DNA of 64,000 bases from Felis catus (Eukaryota), in NCBI RefSeq assembly GCF_018350175.1, contig NC_058383.1, positions 17,114,001 through 17,178,000 on the forward strand, read 5' to 3'. The notes beneath the pieces were generated by a model. That model ran no database searches and was not told where the DNA came from. It saw only the letters and a program-made list of their open reading frames with translations. Positions 58,884 to 64,000 of this stretch are shown one piece after another (the stretch's first letter is position 1; the number at the start of each line of letters is the position of its first letter). Both the position numbers and the translations under genes were made by a program.

Positions 58884-61800
58884 ATGATGAAACATCTAAA
58901 AAAAACTTTTAAAAAAAGGAAAGAAGTGACATAGCATGCTATTTGACTCACCTAATATCATTGACATGTCAAAATAATGCAAACACTGAATATCAATCTA
59001 CCAAAATTCTCATATAAATGTAAGGAGTGGGGCAAAGAGGTGAAAGGGCCGAGGGGGCAAGCCCTCTGAAAGAGAGCTCACCTCTCATAGAGGGAAGTCA
59101 ATGCTAAAATAAAAGTCAAGAAGCAGCAAAATAATCATCTTATTGGGGAGTATAGACAATAATTGAAAAATCTGAAATAAAGTTTCCTCAAGAGAAGGGA
59201 AAATGAAGAGGAAGTTGCAGTGTGAGTGTGTTGATTGTTATTTTTCATAATGAGATATAAGAACAATTTTTACTCTTTAATCTATGTGCAAGAATAACAC
59301 TGAAAGAATAACAACCAAATAAATAGAAAATTTAAAAGTCATCTTGTCATGTACTTAATGCCACTGAATTTTGCACTTAAAATGATTAAAATGAAAACTT
59401 TTATGTAATATATATTTTACCACATTTTTTACAAATTTTGTTAACTGAAAGGAAGGATGAGGAAGCATGGGATGCTGGGTATATGCTATATCTAAATCTA
59501 AATGGTGCTTACTTGGGTTCACAGATATGTGAAAATTCATCACTTAAGATTTATGTGTTTAGTGTATGTATATTATACCTCAACGTTTTTTGAGAAAAAT
59601 TTATTGTATTCTGTTTGGAGGAAGTTTTGTTTTGTCATTAGCTGTAAAGTAAAATTACACAGTTGGGAGATCCACAGCATATTTACTTATCCAAACACTG
59701 ACCAACCTTATCCTCAATCATAAAGAAAAACGCAAGTAAAAAAATGCATACAGTAGAAAAGGATAAGATAGTAAACAGTAGAAAAGGAGAGGATAATCCT
59801 TTTGGCCTTTGTTTTTAATTCCTGGGTCTGTGGGGTGTGTGTGTGTGTGTGTGTGTACATATAAAGCACCCTCCCCTTACCTTTGTTTTCCTTTGCAAAG
59901 TGAGTTATGATGCAGATAAGGAGAGGGAACTAGGGCTTTCACTGTTTACTCTAGATTAATAAATTTATACGAGCATGTCAAGATTTTATAATAAAATAAA
60001 GTAAAATCAGAGCCTTCACACTGCATTGACACAGAGAAGCAACAGGTGTCAGTGAAAAGAGGCCTAATTACAATATTCATACAATTGTGTGTGGAAAAAG
60101 TCTCCCTGGTGCAGAGAGAAGTGGGTTAGGCAGTGCTCCTTATCCCTGGCAGCAACTAGCAAGTGTCTTAAAAATACTGGGACCTGCATCTCATTCTATT
60201 CCATTTATATGAAATTCTAGAATGGGCAAAACTCATTTATGGTGGAAAATAATCAGGACAGTGCTTTTCTCTGGAATGGAGTGGGGTCAGAAATTAACTG
60301 GAAAGGGGCAGGAGGGAACTTTCTGGAGTGGTGATTATGTTCTATATCTTGATAAGGGTGTGGGTTACACATGTGTATGCATTTATCAAAATCACTGAGT
60401 GGCAAAGGATTTGCACATTTCCTGTCTGTAAACTTTATCCTAAAAACAACAGTAAGCAAATATTGAATTCTAGTTAATGATAAACATACTGAACTATTTA
60501 GGGGCATTGCAACTTATTTTGAATTAGAATTTTAAAATTCATTAAAAATAAGATGGACAATGGCACTGGGTGGCTTAGTCAGTTAAGCATATGACTCTTG
60601 GTTTTGGCTCAGGTCATGATCTCATAATTTGTGAGTTCAAACCCCATGTCAGGCTCCACGCTGACAGCACAGAGCCTGCTTGGGATTCTCTCTCTCTCTT
60701 TCTCTCTGCCCTTCCCCTGCTCATGTGCACACACACTCTTTCTCTCTAAAAACTTTTTTTAAAAAGTAGTTTAAAACAACAAGATGGACTGATGGATGGA
60801 TAGAAGTAGGATGAATAAAAGGTTTGATCTGTGATAACATAAATTTAGTCAAATGTTCATTGTAGATTCTAGGTTGTAAATATATGGGTGTTCATTGTAC
60901 AATTCCTTCACTTTGTTATGAATTTGAAATTTTTCTAAATAGTGCTGGAAAACTCTACTGATAGCTGGCACACTGCCCCAGACCAATTAAACTGGAGCTC
61001 TTATTAGCAGAGCCCAGGCATCTGTGCCTTTTAAGACCTTAAAGTAATTTTATTTTTTTACTGTTTATTTTTTTTTTGAGAGACAGAGACAGAGCATGAA
61101 TGAGGGAGGGGCAGAGAGAGAGAGGGAGACACATAATCCAAAGCAGTCTCCAAGCTCTGAGCTGTCAACACAGAGCCCAATGCAGGGCTTGAACCCACAA
61201 ACCGTGAGATCATGACCTGAACTGAAGTCGGACACTTAGCCAACTGAGCCATCTAGGTGTCCCAAGGCCTTCAAGTAATTTTAATGCGTTCATAGGATTG
61301 AAACTCTGGTGTGAGGGATTTGGTAGAAGCGATGGGGGACAGAGAGAAAAAGAACATAAGAAAAAGGTAAGGCTGGAAAAAAGTCAGAGATCCAAGGGTA
61401 GAAGACCAGATGGTCTCAGCTGGCAGTGATGGGAGAGAACCAGACTCTGGGATCCCTCCAAACAGTGGGCTCCATCTAGCAAGAAGCAAGGAGCCATTTT
61501 AGAGAGGAAACCAGTTGTGGTGACCAAGATTTCAGGTGACCAACCATCAAGATGGACTACATAATTTGCAGGACCCAGTACCAAAACAAAAAACAAAAAA
61601 CAAAAAAAACAAACAAAATGCAGAACACCCTGTTCAAAATTAAGAATTTCAAGAAAGCATGAACAGAGCATTAAACCAAGTGCAGGGCCCTTCTGTGTGG
61701 CTGTATAGGTCACCAACCCATGAACATGTAGTCCTGTAGGGTGACCAACTGTAGGGGTTTCCTGAGATTCAAGACTTTGAGCACTAAAACTGGGACAGAT

Positions 61801-62526
61801 CTGAGCAAACCAGGACTACTGGTCACTCTACCAAGATTGAGATTCAGAAGAAAGGAAAGCCTGCATCCCAACACTCCCAGCCAACCACTTAACCACCTCT
61901 GAGCCTTAATCTCCTCATCTGTGAAGAGGGGGTGATTGTGCCCCCATGCACCTCCTATAGTTGTGGTAAGAATTTCTATGAAGTGTGTTATTATTTTTGA
62001 AGATTCTAAAAATCCAGTACTGGGAGAATTGATCTGGCAGCTCTGAGGATGCTGAATTAGAAAGGGAAAGGGGCACCTGTGTAACTCAGTTAAGTGCCCG
62101 ACTTCGGTCATTATCTCACGGTTTGTGGGTTTGAGCCCTGTGTTGGGCTCTGTGCTGACAGCTCAGAGTCTAGAGCCTGCTTTGGATTCTGTGTCTCCCT
62201 CTCTATGCCCCTCCCCCCTCTCAAGAATAAATAAAACATTTTTTAAAAATTTAAGAAACAGACAGAGGGGCACCTGGGTGACTCAGTCGGTTGAGCGCCA
62301 GACTTCGTCTCAGGTCATGATCTCATGGTTCATGAGTTCAAGCCAAGCATGGGGCTCTATGCTGACAGTGCAGAGCCTGCTTGGGATTTTCTGTCCCCCT
62401 CTCTCTCTGCCTCTCCCCCCACTTTCACTGTCTCTCTCTCTCAAAAATAAATAAACGTTAAAAAAGAAAGGAAGGACACCAAGGAAGAGAGAGAGAGAAA
62501 GAAACAAACAAGGAAAGGAAGAAGAG

Positions 62527-62557
<31 letters not shown>

Positions 62558-63065
62558 AAAGAAAGAAAAGTACACATCAGCAAAGAGGCTACTGTCATGA
62601 CAGGGACAGTGACCTGGCCTCACCTGGCTGTGGGAAGGGCTAATGCCCGGTCTTGAGGTTCCATGAAATAGGTAAACAGCACCCCGGTTCTCCTGCTCTC
62701 CTGGGGCCCCAATGGCCACATCTGTCAGCTTGTCTCCATTCACATCTCCCAGCGCTGTCAGGGCTGCCCCAAAGCGGCCCCAGGGGTGGCCCTGCACCCC
62801 ATGGAGAACAGTCTCACATTGCCATCTAGCCCTCTGCTGAACAAAAACAGTGTCAGGTCCCAACCTGGGCAACTCCCAGCTCATGCCCAGGCCCCACCCA
62901 GCCCAGACCCCATCAGCTACTCACCCCCCGAGGCAAGGGGCACACAGACACCTGGCCCCCCCTTGTCGGCTCGTAGTAATGGGGGGCCCCAATAAGGACC
63001 AGGTCAGAGCTGCCATCTTTGTCCATGTCCACAGAGCAGAGGGAGGCCCCAAAGTAGGAGCCAAT
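50943..63065 (-). CDS. ITGAM: Integrin alpha-M (CD11b), exons 13-30, 5'-partial (exons 1-12 beyond window end)
   Basis: Eighteen GT-AG exons splice in frame through the TM segment ([23 protein letters not shown]) and tail [22 protein letters not shown]. The tail and motifs such as [10 protein letters not shown] and [13 protein letters not shown] are CD11b-type. Confidence 0.95.
51436..51546 (-). CDS. ITGAM: ITGAM exon 29 (transmembrane)
   Basis: [37 protein letters not shown], 111 nt. Confidence 0.94.
51772..51873 (-). CDS. ITGAM: ITGAM exon 28
   Basis: [34 protein letters not shown], 102 nt. Confidence 0.92.
51960..52073 (-). CDS. ITGAM: ITGAM exon 27
   Basis: [38 protein letters not shown], 114 nt. 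Confidence 0.93.
52207..52290 (-). CDS. ITGAM: ITGAM exon 26
   Basis: [28 protein letters not shown], 84 nt. Confidence 0.91.
52476..52583 (-). CDS. ITGAM: ITGAM exon 25
   Basis: [36 protein letters not shown], 108 nt. Confidence 0.92.
53098..53173 (-). CDS. ITGAM: ITGAM exon 24
   Basis: [26 protein letters not shown], 76 nt. Confidence 0.91.
53516..53599 (-). CDS. ITGAM: ITGAM exon 23
   Basis: [28 protein letters not shown], 84 nt. Confidence 0.92.
53864..53943 (-). CDS. ITGAM: ITGAM exon 22
   Basis: [26 protein letters not shown], 80 nt. Confidence 0.92.
54442..54564 (-). CDS. ITGAM: ITGAM exon 21
   Basis: [41 protein letters not shown], 123 nt. Confidence 0.92.
54656..54797 (-). CDS. 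ITGAM: ITGAM exon 20
   Basis: [47 protein letters not shown], 142 nt. Confidence 0.93.
55014..55087 (-). CDS. ITGAM: ITGAM exon 19
   Basis: [25 protein letters not shown], 74 nt. Confidence 0.92.
55147..55530 (+). mobile_element. L1 3' fragment, ITGAM intron 18
   Basis: gagctagagtgtattatgctaa...gagcactggatgttgtatgtaagtgatgaatcac plus A-rich tail. Confidence 0.85.
55598..55729 (-). CDS. ITGAM: ITGAM exon 18
   Basis: [44 protein letters not shown], 132 nt. Confidence 0.93.
55827..55981 (-). CDS. ITGAM: ITGAM exon 17
   Basis: [52 protein letters not shown], 155 nt. Confidence 0.93.
56098..56287 (-). mobile_element. CAN-SINE
   Basis: Reverse SINEC body; TSD-like tccattcYttattttt. Confidence 0.85.
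56634..56866 (+). mobile_element. CAN-SINE
   Basis: SINEC body with long (CT)n. Confidence 0.85.
58070..58233 (-). CDS. ITGAM: ITGAM exon 16
   Basis: [54 protein letters not shown], 164 nt. Confidence 0.93.
58328..58458 (-). CDS. ITGAM: ITGAM exon 15
   Basis: [43 protein letters not shown], 131 nt. Confidence 0.93.
58694..58917 (+). mobile_element. CAN-SINE
   Basis: SINEC body; TSD-like aggaaagaa.t.aca. Confidence 0.85.
60562..60770 (+). mobile_element. CAN-SINE within an old L1M fragment
   Basis: SINEC body; flanking aagatggac repeats. Confidence 0.8.
61047..61263 (-). mobile_element. CAN-SINE
   Basis: Reverse SINEC body; TSD-like aagRccttMaagtaatttta. Confidence 0.85.
61547..61735. mobile_element. 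MER45A-like hAT element, followed by a MER94-like remnant (~61738-61829)
   Basis: ctacataatttgcaggacccagt...attaagaatttcaaga...agagcattaaaccaagtgcagggcccttct; then agggtgacc...ggtcactct inverted ends. Confidence 0.6.
62070..62465 (+). mobile_element. Two tandem CAN-SINEs (62070-62252, 62267-62465)
   Basis: Two consecutive ggggcacctg heads, each with (CT)n and an A-tail; followed by a (GAAA)n tract. Confidence 0.85.
62624..62836 (-). CDS. ITGAM: ITGAM exon 14
   Basis: (Q)[76 protein letters not shown] tandem acceptor (213 or 210 nt). Confidence 0.92.
62925..63065 (-). CDS. ITGAM: ITGAM exon 13
   Basis: [47 protein letters not shown], 141 nt. Confidence 0.93.
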
Positions 63066-64000
63066 CTGAAAGAGATGAGTCCAGGATCACACATATATCT
63101 CTTGCCACCAAAATCAAAGTGTGAGTGTTTTCTTCCTGTGAAGGAAAATAATTTCAGCCAGGGAAAGCCCTTTGGAGCAAATGTGATCTTCCATATGATT
63201 CAAATTCTCATTTGAGTGTACTGCTAGCTAGAGAAAAATATAGAGTTGATGGGCATTGGCTGAGGATTTACCCCAAATGGTGTTCCAAGGAGATGATTAA
63301 TATAGCAAAGAAGAAGTTGGATTGGAAACTACACAGAAAAGCCTGGAAGAGCACACAGGATATCTTTGCAATATATTGTAAATCTCTGTGGGTGGGGATG
63401 GGGATAAAAAATTCAAAGTTGATTGTCCTGCTAGTAAGGAATCAACTGGCTTAGATTAAAAATAACTATTGCTACAGGTTTTTTTGCATGATATTGAGAA
63501 GTACTGTCTATCTTTTAAAATAGTTTTTAAAGTATGTTCTAAAAAATATGTTTAATGTCAATATGTAGAATTCATCAACAAAATTCATCCGTTTATTCAT
63601 TCATTCATTCATTCATTCAACAGCAAGTATTTGCTATTTGCTAAGCATAAGTCTGTGTAGTGGAAAAACAGTGTCCTCCAGAGCTCTCAGTACAGCAGAG
63701 TGGAGCAGAGGGAAATAGTAACAGATAAACAGGGAGGAGTATTTAGCAATTTCAAACGGGCGCAAGTTCTAGGAAGGAAAAGTGCAGGGGACGTCACACA
63801 TGACTCACTGCAATCTGATTTCTGCCCCACACACAATTGAAGGAGACCTCACTAATGTCCCAATAAAGGCATTTAAGCTTTAACCTAAAGTCAATAGGAT
63901 TTTTTTGTCTTTAGGTTAAGTTGATTAGGGTATAACTGGCATACAATAAAGTTCAAGCTTTTTTTTTAAGAGAGAGAGAACACAAGCAGGGGAGAAGGGC

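Noticed and set aside
1..64000. A novel prokaryote-style system (CRISPR array, defence operon, retron)
   Set aside because: The window is mammalian intron-exon DNA. All RT, endonuclease and integrase motifs belong to L1 or the ERV, and there is no regularly spaced repeat-spacer array.

Overview
This is mammalian genomic DNA, almost certainly from a felid, judged by the young Felidae-type CAN-SINEs and carnivore L1 3' ends. It covers part of the leukocyte beta2-integrin alpha-chain cluster. Two minus-strand genes were reconstructed exon by exon, all with GT-AG junctions and continuous reading frames. They are the 3' part of ITGAM/CD11b (exons 13-30, 63065->50943, poly(A) signal ~49920) and the 5' two-thirds of ITGAX/CD11c (exons 1-20, 37670->17371; exon 21 onward lies beyond the left edge). 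The ITGAX introns are heavily invaded. Intron 20 holds a decayed two-LTR class I ERV (1144-16968, tRNA-Arg-type PBS) that sits in a MER58-like element and has a full-length L1 in its 3' LTR. Intron 14 holds a second full-length L1 with an unrelated 5' UTR. Intron 2 holds three nested L1 pieces plus a local inverted duplication. I found no convincing new biological system. The most interesting signals are apparent ITGAM/ITGAX gene conversion over exon 13-intron 13-exon 14, a triplicated target site, the inverted duplication and the nested insertion stacks. Identity figures are hand counts, and comparisons with human proteins and repeat consensus sequences are from memory.
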